Of a DNA stretch of 64,000 bases, positions 1 to 14,080 are shown one piece after another. The notes beneath the pieces are model-generated. The model worked only from the letters and a program-made list of their open reading frames with translations, made no database searches and was not told the DNA's origin. A program made the translations under genes and the position numbers. Source of the DNA: Eledone cirrhosa (lineage: Eukaryota); assembly GCA_964016885.1 (NCBI GenBank), contig OZ024763.1, forward strand, positions 9,052,001 through 9,116,000, written 5' to 3'. Within the stretch, counting starts at the first letter, position 1. Every line of letters begins with the position of its first letter.

Positions 1-1270
1 CGTAGGTAGAAACTCCATTTTATGTCCCAAATGCAAAGTATGGGTGCATAAAAGATGTAGTGGGATCACAGGTAAGCTAACTAAGAACATAGATTTTACA
101 TGTGGCCGGTGCTCTGGTGCAATAAGTAGCAGCAAGTGCCCACAAAATACTAGCTCCTTCAACTGCGCAGAGGGTTCTATAGAAATAGTGGACAGCTTCC
201 GTTATCTGGGTGACAAAATCAGCAGTGGGGGAGGGTGCTCTGAAAGTACAGTAGCTAGAGTCAGAACTGGATGGAAAAAGTTCAGAGAGCTTATACCACT
301 ATTAGCCGCTAGAGGGTTCTCCCTAAAAATGAAAGGCAGGTTATACGATGCCTGCATACGAACAGCAATGCTGCATGGCAGTGAGACCTGGGCATTGTGT
401 GCAGAGGATATACGCAGACTAGAGATGAACGAAGCTTGCATGCTCCGCTGGATGTGCAATAGTAATATACGTGAACGGCAAAGCATAAACGAACTAAGGA
501 AAAAATTAGAAATAAGAGGGATCAGATGTTGTTTACTCGAGAGAAGGCTACGTTGGTACGGTCACGTGATGCGCATGAAAGACAGCTGTATAACAAAGTG
601 CAGGGCAATAAAGATAGACGGTAGCCACGGAGTAGGCAGACCCAGAAAAACATGGGACGAGCTGATAAATTCCGACCTCACACGCTTACACCTCTCCAAG
701 ACAATGTCACTGGACCGAGACCTTTGGCGGTACTCAGTAATAGAGAAGACCCGCCTTACCTAAATACAAAGTAAAAACCTACTACAGTCAGTAGGCATCT
801 CTATCAAAACACACCCCCGTCCCACCACCTCCACCCCACCCACACCGCCCCTTTCAATGTAAAGTTATGTTGGTCCCACAACATCCAGGCCGAAACAAAT
901 GAGATCGTGTAGGTGTCACGACAAAAAACACAGTCCACGCTGTAAATGTGGCCGTGTAGGCAACACGGTAAAAACCTCCCAGCCCCACACTGTAAATGTG
1001 GTTGGTGTTAGGAAGGGCATCCAGCTGTAGAAAACCCGCCAGACAGTCCACGCTGTAATGTGGCCGTGTAGGCAACACGGTAAAAACCTCCCAGCCCCAC
1101 ACTGTAAATGTGGTTGGTGTTAGGAAGGGCATCCAACTGTAGAAAACCTGCCAGACAGTCCTATGCGAGCAAGACAACCACTCTTGCCTCAAGTGGGAAA
1201 ACCCCCGTCCAAACCCATGCAAGCGTGGAACACGGACGCTAAACCTGATGATGATGATGATGATGATGAT
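1..1270 (+). mobile_element. RTE-clade non-LTR retrotransposon, 3' part (RT thumb/C-terminal ORF to 763, 3' UTR, (GAT)n tail)
   Basis: ORF 44-763 has FRYLG, KGRLYDACIRTAMLHGSETW, RRLRWYGHVMR, GRPRKTW and DRDLWR motifs typical of RTE ORF ends. The UTR ends in (GAT)n at about 1247-1270. Confidence 0.9.
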
Positions 1271-1279
1271 ATATATTAC

Positions 1280-1315
<36 letters not shown>

Positions 1316-1330
1316 TACATATATATATAT

Positions 1331-1449
1331 CATCATGATCATCATCATCTTCATTTAACGTCCATCTTCCACGCTAGCATGGGTTAGACGGGAGTTGTCC
1401 CACTTGAGGCAAGGTTGGTCGGGTGACCGTGTCTCGCTCATATAGGACT
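1331..1449 (-). mobile_element. Short 3' end of the same RTE/SINE family, tail-to-tail with the previous copy
   Basis: Reverse complement resembles 1157-1270 (cctcaagtgggacaac...aacccatgctagcgtggaagatggacgttaaa). Confidence 0.75.
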
Positions 1450-1529
1450 ATATATATATATATATATATACTGCCAATACTGGAATTGAATAATCAAGAC
1501 CGTAGCGGTATGTCATATATCAAATCATA

Positions 1530-1598
1530 TATTTTGTCTCATGAAAACGTACTGAAAAAAACAGCCTAGTACCTTTGAAATATATATAATAAAGTATA
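1530..1598 (+). ncRNA. Degenerate hammerhead ribozyme (family A-like; CTCATGA core)
   Basis: tattttgt-CTCATGA-stem II (gtact/agtac)-GAAA-tatatat-a-ataaagta; G5 is mutated. Confidence 0.5.
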
Positions 1599-1904
1599 TA
1601 TTTTAATTATGCGAATATTTTTCATTTGTTAACATTCTGAATAATATATATAGCCGTCGAAGCGGCTTGAGCTCTGCCGTCAGGGTCATACTTTTTCCTA
1701 TGTATATATATATATAAAATGAAATGATGATATATATATTATATATACACTGCTGTAACTAACCCTACATAGATCGATAACGAAATATGTGTACAATATA
1801 TTATCACCTAGAAACGTTCGTAAAGCAGTGAAGTATATTTCTAATGACTTGATTTTTTATTTCATTGTTTTAACTTATATATATATATATATATATAATA
1901 TATA

Positions 1905-2272
1905 AGTACAAAGCGAAACCTACAGTCAGTAGGCACCTCTAACAAAAATACACCCCCGTCCCACTACCCCCACCCCATCCACACCACCCCTTTCAATGTA
2001 AAGTTATGTTGGTACCACAACATCCAGGCCGAAACAAATGAGATCATGTAGACACAGTCCACGCTGTAATGTGGCCGTGTAGGCAACACGGTAAAAACCT
2101 CCCAGCCCCACACTGTAAATGTGGTTGGTGTTAGGAAGGGCATCCAGCTGTAGAAAACCCACCAGATAGTCCTATGCGAGCAAGACAAACACTCTTGCCT
2201 CAAGTGGGAAAACCCCCGTCCAAACCCATGCAAGCGTGGAACACGGACGTTAAACGTTGATGATGATGATGA
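1905..2272 (+). mobile_element. 5'-truncated copy of the RTE 3' UTR
   Basis: Near-identical to 764-1270 and ends in (GAT)n. Confidence 0.85.
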
Positions 2273-2329
2273 TATATATATATATATACATACATATATA
2301 TATTATATATATATATAGATACATACATA

Positions 2330-2362
<33 letters not shown>

Positions 2363-2521
2363 CATACATATATATATAATATAAGTAGAAGGGATATTCA
2401 ATTTGTTGGTAATTCAACAAATATAAATATTTATAACTGATTCAGAGCACTCGACAGATTTTCTGGAGTATAATATTCAATGATATTAAATAAATGGAAA
2501 CTCTATTTATAAAACCATATT

Positions 2522-2582
2522 TATTCTATTATACATATTTCAAAGGTACCAAAACTTTGGTACGCTATCATCAGATGAAATA
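2522..2582 (-). ncRNA. Hammerhead ribozyme, minimal type I (family A)
   Basis: Minus strand: tatttcat-CTGATGA-stem II gtaccaaa/tttggtac-GAAA-tatgtat-A-atagaata. Confidence 0.75.
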
Positions 2583-3368
2583 TGAAGTGTGTTTTATAAA
2601 TTTTGACATAACCAAGGAAAATATACCTTAACAGTTCAAGTTTTCCTTGGATAGTGAAGGGATAAGAGAAGAAAAGTCAGATATTTCAAATTATTAAGAT
2701 GAGTATGCAAATATGGAGAATTTAAATAATTATGATAATCTATATAACTTTGCTAAATTAACAATATTCTGAAAACATTTTCAATGTTGAACAAAATTTT
2801 CGAATCCACAAATTGTTCTACTCACAACTTGAACCACCTATTTTTTTAAGTAAAATACAAAATCAACGTCCTTCGTAACTCATATTAGATATATAAACAA
2901 CTAATAATTGTAAATTATTTCTATCTCTATAATACTAATAATATATATAGATATTTATATACATATAACCTATCATAATGTAATAAGATAAAAATACTTA
3001 CAACCATAATTCTTCATATAATCTAATTGATTATATATACAATATTATAACTCATAATATAGGTAAATAAATTTAAATTTAAACTCTGGAATCATATTCC
3101 ACTTTTTCCCCTCAAATTAACGTAAATGCTAGCTCTTCTTCCTTTCTTTTCTTTCCAATGCATACAAAAACTTATAATTATTTAAATTCTCCATAGTGTC
3201 TAAAATAACGTTTTTTTCAGCCCTTTTACCTAAACCTTATTTGCATATTTATCTTAATAATTTGAAATATCTTACTTTTCTTCTCTTATCTCTTCACTAT
3301 CCAAGGAAAACTTGAACCATTAAGGTATATTTTTCTTGGTTATATCAACATTTATAAAACACACTTCG

Positions 3369-3429
3369 TATTTTATCTGATGATAGCGTACCAAAGTTTT
3401 GGTACCCTTGAAATATATATAATAAAATA
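3369..3429 (+). ncRNA. Hammerhead ribozyme, minimal type I (family A)
   Basis: Stem I tattttat/ataaaata, CTGATGA 3377-3383, stem II gtaccaaa/tttggtac, GAAA 3410-3413, palindromic stem III ATATATAT, UH site at 3420-3421. Confidence 0.85.
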
Positions 3430-3586
3430 AATATGGTTTTATAAATATAGTTTCCATTTATTTAATATCATTGTATATATATATAATATATATTTACATA
3501 ACTTTACATTGAAAGGGGCGGTGTGGTGGGACGGGTGTGTGTTTTGATAGAGATGCCTACTGACTGTAGTAGGTTTTTACATATAC

Positions 3587-3617
<31 letters not shown>

Positions 3618-3656
3618 CATATATATTTATATATGCATATATACATATATATATAC

Positions 3657-3771
<115 letters not shown>

Positions 3772-3783
3772 CATATAAATATA

Positions 3784-3827
<44 letters not shown>

Positions 3828-4104
3828 TATTATATATATATTATACATGTTTTTCTATATAAATCTTGCCTTGAGTGAATTATTTTCATATATACATACT
3901 CTGATGTGTTGACCAGTGGTAAAGAATGTATTGGAGATCGATTGACGCAACCTCAAGCAATTAGCGAACTCTAGACGGACCTGCTCAATGAAACAATTGT
4001 CAGTACTTTAAATAAAGCCCTTATTGTACAGCCAACCATGTTACTCTTCTTTCTTTAATATATATATATATATATACATTATATATATATCTCTCTCTCT
4101 ATCT

Positions 4105-4440
4105 AAGGCGAGTAAAATTCCCGAGATCCATGGACGAGTTCTCTCCAGCGGTCTCTGTCCCTCATTATCGCTGCCATGTCCTGCATCTCCAACAGACCAG
4201 TGTCTGTCCTTAGGGCATCAACATATGTTAACCTTGGTCTTCCTCTTCTAGTGTGTCCATGTAGGGGCTCCCACAGGAGCACTGAGTGCTATGTCAACTC
4301 TGGATGTCGGTGAGCATGTCCAGCCAACCTCAGTCTCCTCTGTGTCACTTTGGAGCTGACTTTTGGGATGCTCCCATACAGCTCTGAGTTTTTCATCCTC
4401 AGTGTATACACGAGAATGCTGAGGATGGCTCTGAACATTA
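4105..4440 (-). mobile_element. RTE-like LINE 3' fragment
   Basis: Minus-strand frame resembles RRLRLAGH...LLWEP...GRP..TY..MRDRD.WR. Second copy at 23697-23945 (+). Confidence 0.7.
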
Positions 4441-4445
4441 ATCAG

Positions 4446-4512
<67 letters not shown>

Positions 4513-4551
4513 TCATCATCTGTCCATCTTCCACGCTTGCATGGTATATAC

Positions 4552-4582
<31 letters not shown>

Positions 4583-4584
4583 AT

Positions 4585-4616
<32 letters not shown>

Positions 4617-4932
4617 ACATATTATATATATATATACATATATATATATTATATATATATATACATATATATTATATATATATTATATATATATATATAC
4701 ATTATATATATATATATATATATATATACATTATATATATATATACATTAAATATATAAATATATATATATTATATATATATATATATACATTATATATA
4801 TAAATATATATACATTATATATATATATATATATATACATTATATATATAAATATATATACATTATATATATAAATATATATACATTATATATATAAATA
4901 TATATATACATTATATATATATATATATATAC

Positions 4933-4971
<39 letters not shown>

Positions 4972-4978
<7 letters not shown>

Positions 4979-5877
4979 TAAACGGAATAGAAAATGCTGA
5001 CAAATTGTTCACAGTTGAAAAATGGTTTAATTAGGAATAAAAGAGTATTAGTGATTGTATGGGTTAATATTCAGTTGTGGTTTAAAGTTTTTAAGTTTTT
5101 ACCGGTTGCGCATTTCTAAATGATTTTCAAAAATAATTTTGAGATAGAGTGTCCGTGCTGTTTGCTCTGATCTGATTAGTTTTGGGAATTCTACCTGTTT
5201 TTATGTTAAAAAAATGGCTCCAGCGTTATTTTAGTGTTGCAAAAATGCTTGTGGTCAAAACAATTTTGATTGGTCGGTAGAGGTCATGTGAATGTAAAAA
5301 GTTGATTTTGCGCCAAGACTGTTTTTATGTTAAAATGTTAGAAAAGTGGCTCCAGCAAAAATTATGGTCAAAACAATTTTGATTGGTCGGTAGAGGTCAT
5401 GTGGATAAAAAATTGGTTTTGCGCCAAGATTGAGAAATGACTCTTTCACAACAAATGTGTGTGTGTGTGTGTGTGTGTGTGTGACGCATGACTGTCCATA
5501 GATCCCAAATTAAAATACGGGAATACAGGAAAATACCACTGAGTGAACACATTGATACCTGCGCCGCCCAAAATCATCCCAACTTCAGAATCTTTCCCCT
5601 CTACAAATTTAAAGATAATGCCACCCACACCCAGCGCATCAGCAAGGAATCTTACTTCATTAACAAATACGGACCCCGTCTAAACACTTCTCCCTAAGAC
5701 GAACCCACAACATACACACGTCAACATACATACCTACATCAGCACACATCTCTACCCACATATAAACACAATGACACACGTAAACACACATGCTCTATGG
5801 TGCAATACAAAAAAATATATGTGCATATACATGTATGTATATATGTATATATATATATATGTATATATGTAGTGAAA

Positions 5878-5926
<49 letters not shown>

Positions 5927-6311
5927 GTGAATATCATTTCACACCTTTTATTGTTAAGATTGTTGATGTTCTATTAAGAGAACCGATTTTACTGAAAAAA
6001 TCGAATAATGTACACCATTTTACAAGGGGGGGAAAAAAATACTGGTCCACCCACACACGCACACACACACACACACACATATATACACAAACACATACAC
6101 ACGCGTACATCAACATACAAAGAGACTTATACACACACACACACACACGCACTTCTCCGTATAAGACAAAAGCTGAAAAATATCTTTTGACCTTCGAATG
6201 ACTCTGCTGTGTGTATGTACGCACACACACACACACACACTTATCTTAATAGCCATTTGACACACATCGCTGGTGGCTATTGTCGCAGCATCGAACACCT
6301 TACTACTACTA

Positions 6312-6373
<62 letters not shown>

Positions 6374-6892
6374 TTGTTGTGAAAGAGTCATTTCTCAATC
6401 TTGGCGCAAAACCAATTTTTTATCCACATGACCTCTACCGACCAATCAAAATTGTTTTGACCATAATTTTTGCTGGAGCCACTTTTCTAACATTTTAACA
6501 TAAAAACAGTCTTGGCGCAAAATCAACTTTTTACATTCACATGACCTCTACCGACCAATCAAAATTGTTTTGACCACAAGCATTTTTGCAACACTAAAAT
6601 AACGCTGGAGCCATTTTTTTAACATAAAAACAGGTAGAATTCCCAAAACTAATCAGATCAGAGCAAACAGCACGGACACTCTATCTCAAAATTATTTTTG
6701 AAAAGCATTTAGAAATGCGCAACCGGTAAAAACTTAAAAACTTTAAACCACAACTGAATACTAACCCATACAATCACTAATACTCTTTTATTCCTAATTA
6801 AACCATTTTTCAACTGTGAACAATTTGTCAGCATTTTCTATTCCGTTTACCAATATATAATAACTTGTGTGTTACACCTCTATTCTTTTAAC

Positions 6893-6893
<1 letters not shown>
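4972..6893 (+). mobile_element. Penelope-like element remnant: inverted pLTR arm (4972-5455), GIY-YIG C-terminal fragment, 3' pLTR (6370-6857) plus tail
   Basis: About 480-bp inverted arms enclose an ORF fragment with PLE endonuclease end motifs. The right arm has an extra tail. Confidence 0.8.
5488..5697 (+). pseudogene. GIY-YIG endonuclease C-terminal fragment (Penelope-like)
   Basis: H..QI...PLSEHIDTC...R..KESYFINKYGPRLN matches the EH...KE..FI...P.LN end of PLE GIY-YIG domains. Confidence 0.7.
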
Positions 6894-6944
<51 letters not shown>

Positions 6945-7009
6945 CATATATACATATATATATATACATATATATATACATATATACATATATATATAAA
7001 TAAATATAC

Positions 7010-7374
7010 ACAGGTGTGTATGATTGTGTATAGAAGATTAGATTAATAAAAGGAATTCCAACTTTGTCTGATTTACTCGTTTTATTTACAATCCTTTAAA
7101 ATTTATAATGGTATTAGAATGAAAAAGTATGGTAGAATATTAAATGTTAATTGAACAAGTACTTTCATGCTTTCGCAATCTTCAGGTTCATTGCAAACTT
7201 GACTGTCACCACACATTATGAACCTGAAGATTGCGAAAGCATGAAAGTACTTGTTCAATTAACACTTAACATTTAATATTCTACCATACTTTTTCATTCT
7301 AATACCATTATAAATTTTAAAGGATTGTAAATAAAACGAGTAAATCAGACAAAGTTGGAATTCCTTTTATTAAT
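7010..7374. mobile_element. Fold-back Penelope-type element family B
   Basis: Inverted arms 7042-7191 / 7218-7374 around a 26-bp spacer, with a hammerhead at the inner end of each arm. Confidence 0.8.
7219..7257 (+). ncRNA. Minimal hammerhead ribozyme (family B); mirror copy at 7152-7190 on the minus strand
   Basis: tgaac-CTGAAGA-tTGC gaaa GCAt-GAAA-gtac-TT-gttca; palindromic stem III AGTACT. Confidence 0.85.
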
Positions 7375-7636
7375 ATATATATATATATATGAACAATGAA
7401 CAAATAAAATTATTTCATATAACCTACTTCTTCCCTAAAGTAATCCTTCATTCATAATACTCTTTTCCATCCAAAACTGAAATCTACCTTCCTCTACCCA
7501 TAATTTAAGATTCTCCTAATATCACTATCTTGACCCTCACTATCTCCTGATTGGTCAATTCAAAACCTGTTCCCAAACAGACCTATTGTATTGAATCTTT
7601 GTTCTTATCAATAAACAAGTATCATTATTTCTGAAG

Positions 7637-7821
7637 GGCGGTGGATTGGCAGTATCGGTAGCGGGTCGGACGCCATGCTTTCCAGCATAGTTACGTCCCT
7701 TTACGATCTGAGTTCAAATCCCGCCGAGGTTGACTTTGCCTTTCATCCTTACGGGGTCGATAAAATAAAGTACCAGTAATGCACTGGGTAATTTGCTGGC
7801 CTTGTGCCTAAAGTAGAAACA
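7637..7821 (+). mobile_element. tRNA-derived SINE with 13-bp target-site duplication
   Basis: A box tggcagtatcgg, B box gttcaaatccc, conserved gcctttcatcc..ggggtcgataaa..agtacc core. TSD attatttctgaag at 7624-7636 and 7822-7834. Confidence 0.9.
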
Positions 7822-7959
7822 ATTATTTCTGAAGACAGCATATATATGTGAAGGTATGTATATTCCCTCTGATAGTTTGTATAAATATTGTACATAGATC
7901 TATAGAATATGCATACCAACTCTAACACATATATATCCTAGAAACGATCGTAAAATAAT
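7822..7959 (+). ncRNA. Hammerhead ribozyme with very long stem II (family C)
   Basis: attattt-CTGAAGA (7829-7835), stem II atatatatgtg/cacatatatat and ggtatgtatattc/gaatatgcatacc, GAAA (7941-7944), cgatcg-TA-aaataat. Confidence 0.75.
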
Positions 7960-8235
7960 GAATTTTTTTAATATAAGGAACTGTTTCTTTGTTTATTCAT
8001 TATTTTTTAAATATTTTATATATATATATATATACATACATATGTATATATATATATACATATATACACACATATATATATATATACATACATATATACA
8101 CACATATATATATATATACATACATATATACACACATATATATATATATACATATATACACATATATATATATATATATATATACATACATATATATACA
8201 TATATATACATATATATACATATACATACATATAC

Positions 8236-8318
<83 letters not shown>

Positions 8319-8347
8319 CATATATATATATACATATATATATATAC

Positions 8348-8430
<83 letters not shown>

Positions 8431-8535
8431 TATATACATATATATATACATATATACATTTTTATATACATATACATATATATATATATACATACACATA
8501 TATATATATATACATACATATATACATATACATAC

Positions 8536-8571
<36 letters not shown>

Positions 8572-8605
8572 ACATATATATATACATATACATAGATATA
8601 TATAC

Positions 8606-8736
<131 letters not shown>

Positions 8737-8752
8737 CATGTATATATATATG

Positions 8753-9514
<762 letters not shown>

Positions 9515-10023
9515 GGAGGTCCAGCTGAAAAAAGTTCATAGTGTGACCAAGATACTCTGATGGAATGACCAAATGAGGTTTATTTTTCAACATAGTTCCT
9601 GAAAAAAAAACATTGCAGTTATTGATTAGAAGAGTTGAAATTAATGCATGCAAGATTTCACAGCTCTAACACCACTCCCTCATAGTCAGCCTATGAAAAT
9701 TTCAGCCCATCCTTGTATGTGTGTAAATATATATACATATATATATATAGGTAAATATATGTGTGTGAGTGTGTATATACATATATATATATAGGTAAAT
9801 ATATGTGTGTGTGTGTGTTTATATATGTGTGTATATACATAAATATATATGAAGGGGTCAGCTAAGCTCTTGCCATTTCAAAAGCTAGTTCCAGACATTG
9901 CTGTTGAAACAGCAAGAGCTCAGCCGTTGGGGTTCCGACTTTTTCATATAACCATACTCTACTACCCCAAGTATTGAGTACTCTGGTGATTAATGGTCTA
10001 AGTGGTTTTTACTGCATCCATAT

Positions 10024-10091
<68 letters not shown>

Positions 10092-10261
10092 GCATATATA
10101 TATATATATGCATGTATATATATATATATATGCATATATATATATATATATGCATATATATATATATGTATATATTTATATATATATGCATATATATATA
10201 TGCATATATATATGCATGTATATATATATATATGCATATATTTATTAAAATAACAGATTAA

Positions 10262-10312
10262 AGTTTAAGCAAAGAATCGCTGCTTTCACCCTTAACGGGA
10301 TCTTCTGAAACT
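10262..10312 (-). ncRNA. Hammerhead-like motif with U4A variant (family E)
   Basis: Minus strand: agttt-CAGAAGA-tccc/gggt-GAAA-gca..tgc-TT-aaact. Confidence 0.55.
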
Positions 10313-10612
10313 AACAAAGTCAATCTGTAAACGCAGAACTGGATATTTCAAAAAACGTTGCATCTTTGGATTTTAGTCTTCAATTTTATTATTATTACTA
10401 TATATGCATATATATATATATATATGCATATATATATATATATATGCATATATATATATATATATATGCATATATATATATATATGCATATATATATATA
10501 CACATATATTCATATACATATATATATATATATATGTGTGAGAGAGATATGTGTGTATGTATATGTATATATATGTATATAAATATATATATATATGTGT
10601 GCGATATGTATA

Positions 10613-10652
<40 letters not shown>

Positions 10653-10767
10653 TAAACGTTGGGCTACTTTTTAAGCCACTAATATAATTTATCGTTCGTT
10701 TGAAAGGAATATGGAAAATTCATTGTTTTTTCAAATGTAAAATTGAAAAAAAAACAGCATAATGAAA

Positions 10768-11065
10768 TAATTGTTTCCACTTTAGGCACAAAGCCAGCAA
10801 TTTAGGGGTGGGTTAAAGTTGATTAAATCGACCCCAGTACATTACTGGTACTTTATGTTATCGACTCCGTAAGGATGAAAGGAAAAGTTAACCTTGGCGG
10901 GATTTGAAGAGGTTAGCTTTGCCTTTCATCCTTATGGCAAGGGGAGTGGGGGTAAGGTGTTAATAAAATATAGCATCAGTAATGTACTGGGGGTTCAATT
11001 TAACTGACTTTCCCCTCCTCCCACCAAATATTGTTGGCCTTGTGCCTAAATTAGAAACCATTATA
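10768..11065. mobile_element. Two SINE fragments in inverted orientation
   Basis: Same core as 7637-7821 on both strands. Confidence 0.75.
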
Positions 11066-11110
11066 TAATAATAATGATAATATTAATAATAATAATGAAG
11101 CAAATATGGA

Positions 11111-11416
11111 TCAACCAATGAGAATGCACGATTCTTGCAGTCGGCTGAATTCTTCAATAAGAGACTTAATGATTGGATGGTTAGCTTCTCGTATTATAAT
11201 CACATTTTCACGGTTGATATGAGCAGCTGACCATGTGTAATTGTAAGAGCCGATAACTGCGGTAGTCTCGTCACAGATGAGGAACTTCTCGTGAGCGATG
11301 CCCATTGTGGCGCCAGTTTTCCTCTGGTAAGGTCCGGTTCCGCTGTTTTGACAGATGGTCACTTTCTCCGGAATAATCAGGTCGTTCTTGCCAAGCATCT
11401 CCAAAAATTTGTCCAC
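11111..11416 (-). CDS. FAM83/DUF1669-like PLD-fold protein, exon 2 (catalytic HKD motif, stop)
   Basis: AG acceptor at 11417-11418, phase 0. VDKFLEM...HEKFLICDETTAVIGSYNYTWSAAHINRENVIII...EEFSRL, TGA at 11111-11113. Confidence 0.85.
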   Translation of the reverse strand: MDKFLEMLGKNDLIIPEKVTICQNSGTGPYQRKTGATMGIAHEKFLICDETTAVIGSYNYTWSAAHINRENVIIIREANHPIIKSLIEEFSRLQESCILIG

Positions 11417-11650
11417 CTGATGATGACGACGGTGAAGATGTTCGTTGATGTTGGCGATGGTGATGATGATGATGGTGGTGGTGGTGATGGCGGCGATGGC
11501 GATGGTGATGATGATGATGGGGTTGATGATGATGGTGGTGGTGGTGATGGTGGTGTTGATGATGATGATGGTGGATGATGATGATGGCGGTGGTGATGGT
11601 TGTGATGATGATGATGGTGGTGGCGATGGTGATGATGGTGGTGGTGGTGG

Positions 11651-11682
<32 letters not shown>

Positions 11683-12034
11683 ATGATTAATGATAATGAT
11701 GATGGTGGTGGTGAAGATGTTCATTCGTTGATGTCGGCAGTGATGATGATGATGATAATGGTGATCATGGTGATGTTTGTTCATTCATTGATGTCGGTGG
11801 CAGTGGTGATGTCAATAACGACGTAGACGTAGGTTCATTTGTTGATGTCGATGGTGATGATGAATGCAGAGGTAGAGGAGGATGCAGAGGAGGTGGAGGC
11901 GAAAGTTTGATGTGAGATAAACATTTGTCAGGAACATATTTGGGTATTTTGGTTAATGGTGTCAACAGCAGCAGTGGCAGGCAGACAGGCAGACAGGTCA
12001 AGGGAATGAAAGAGAGAAATACAATGAAATGTTA

Positions 12035-13310
12035 ATAATAATAATAATAATAATGATAATAATGGTTTCTTTATCGGCCACAAGGGCTGACATCAAGAAA
12101 AACATTACAGACGGCACAGGACGGTACGATGTGGGTTTTGTGCGTGTAAAGATTTTTATTATTTATATAAGAAACGAAAAAGAAAAAAAGACATAGAAAC
12201 ATATAATAATAATAATAATGGTTTATTTATTAACCACAAGGGTTGACATAAAGTATAACATTAAGGGCAACACAGGGCGGTACAGGATGGTATAGGACGG
12301 TACAGGATGGTATAGGACGGTACAGGATAGCACAGGACGGTACAAATGGGCATTTCTGCATGTAAAGATAATAATAATAATAATGGTTTCTTTATTAACC
12401 ACAAAGGGACCACATCAAGAAAAACATTATGACAGTACAGGATGGAAACAGAGTGTGTGTGTAGGTGTGTATGTGTGAATGGGTTTTGTGTGTAAACAAA
12501 TTTTCACAATGTTAAAAACAATGATAATATAAAATTAAAACAAAGAAGGTTGCTCAATAGGGAGGAGACGTTCGAGGGTCATTTGTGAAAAAAAACCCAT
12601 AAAACCACAGATACCGTGATCTTTAGGGCAAGTGCCCTGTCCCAGTTGTACTCCTCCAATCTACAGGCTTACACTCAGAGGGGCCCATCCACCTGAGCCA
12701 CTCTCACCCACCTTTCAACAAACTGGTTGGAAAGCAACACTTCCCTCTCCACCCTGATTTTCCTCCCCAAGTGAAACCTGAAAAGGTCGAAGAGGACAAT
12801 GGCTGTCTTCAACCCTAATAATAATAATTTTTTTAATGGCCACAAGGGCTTATATGTAGGGGACAATACAACAGACAGGGACAGTGGGGGTTTACCAACA
12901 ATGATAATTCCCCAAAAAGGGATATAACCACCCAGGGGCGACTCAGGTACCCCACCAATAGTAAAAAAGAAAAATAACATAAAAATATAATGATAAATAT
13001 AATAATTTCTTTATTAGCCACACAGGGCTTACATTAAGAGGACAATAAGGATAGGACAGTGTGGGGTTTTGTGTGAAAAGGAAAGGTTTATAAAGAAAAC
13101 TAAAAAAATAAACATTTAAAAAATCAAAACATAACAAAATATCCCCTCCCATCCCAAACGGGGATACCTCCGAGGGTCACTCGTGGAGAAAGCCGACGAA
13201 AAAGCCATGGTAACCTTGACTGCTAGGGCAAGTGCCCTCTCTCAGTTGTACTCCCCACTCAGACCATGCTCACCTCTCTCACTCACCTTTCAATAAACTG
13301 GTTGGAATAC
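12035..13310 (-). mobile_element. Cluster of about 6 truncated 3' ends of a Tx1/L1-like element
   Basis: Repeated ccttgtggc(c/t)aataaa+(TTA)n termini. 12675-12790 encodes FRFHLGRKIRVEREVL, matching the ORF end at 17490-17540. Confidence 0.75.
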
Positions 13311-13486
13311 ACAGTATACAGAAAATAGAACTACTAGGTACTGTATATATATTATATAGAGTACTCTCAATACAATAGAAGAAACACTACCAAAAACTAC
13401 ACTGCACATACCCAAGGCACATAGAGCTGTGCTCGGTAATGCTGTGATAATGCACAAATAATAATAATGTTGAAAATAATAATAAT

Positions 13487-13885
13487 AATTGTTTCTACTT
13501 TAGGCACAAGCCAGCAATTACCCAGTGCATTACTGGTACTTTATTTTATCGACCCCGTAAGGATGAAAGGCAAAGTCAACCTCGACGGGATTTGAACTCA
13601 GATCGTAAAGGGACGTAACTATGCTGGAAAGCATGGCGTCCGACCCTCTACCGATACTGCCAATCCACCTCTGATTTAGGCACAAGGCCAACAATTTTTT
13701 TTTGTGGGGAGGGGAAAGTCGATTAACTCAACCCCAGTGCATTACTGGTACTTTATTTTACTGACCCCATAAGGATGAAAGGCAAAGCTAACCTCGGCTG
13801 TATTTGAACTCAGAAAGTAAAGAGCTGTAACTCTATGCCGCTAAGCATGGTGTCTGATGCTCAACTGATTACTGCCAATTTATCT
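13487..13885 (-). mobile_element. Two tandem tRNA-derived SINEs
   Basis: Reverse complement of the 7637-7821 SINE, twice. Confidence 0.85.
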
Positions 13886-13920
13886 AATAATAATAATGCT
13901 CTAATAATTGTTTAATTAAT

Positions 13921-14080
13921 AAGGTATAGAGTAGGTGTAGTAGAATGGATAAAAGTAGAGTTGGCTGAAATTCATTGGAAAACAAGGAAAAGGCTCACTA
14001 TCTATCGAAGTATGGTCCAAGAAGGTGATATTGAGAGGCTGTATTGGAATAGAAAGAAGGGAGGTAGGGGATTGTTGAAT
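13921..14080 (+). mobile_element. R4/Dong-like non-LTR RT fragment
   Basis: YRVGVVEW...ELAEIHWKTRKRLT...DIERLYWNRKKGGRGL motif. Confidence 0.6.

Larger units (their letters stand above)
2384..3473. mobile_element. Penelope-like fold-back element family A (inverted arms about 2478-2712 / 3235-3473, tail 2384-2477)
   Basis: Arms are reverse complements, each carries a hammerhead core, and the element is flanked by (TA)n. Same family at 23196-23627. Confidence 0.8.

Noticed and set aside
7637-7725. tRNA gene
   Set aside because: A/B boxes are present but run into a SINE body with a TSD, and there are many dispersed copies.
11418-11826. His/Asp/Met-rich ORFs
   Set aside because: (GAT/GGT)n intronic repeat next to the exon 2 acceptor.
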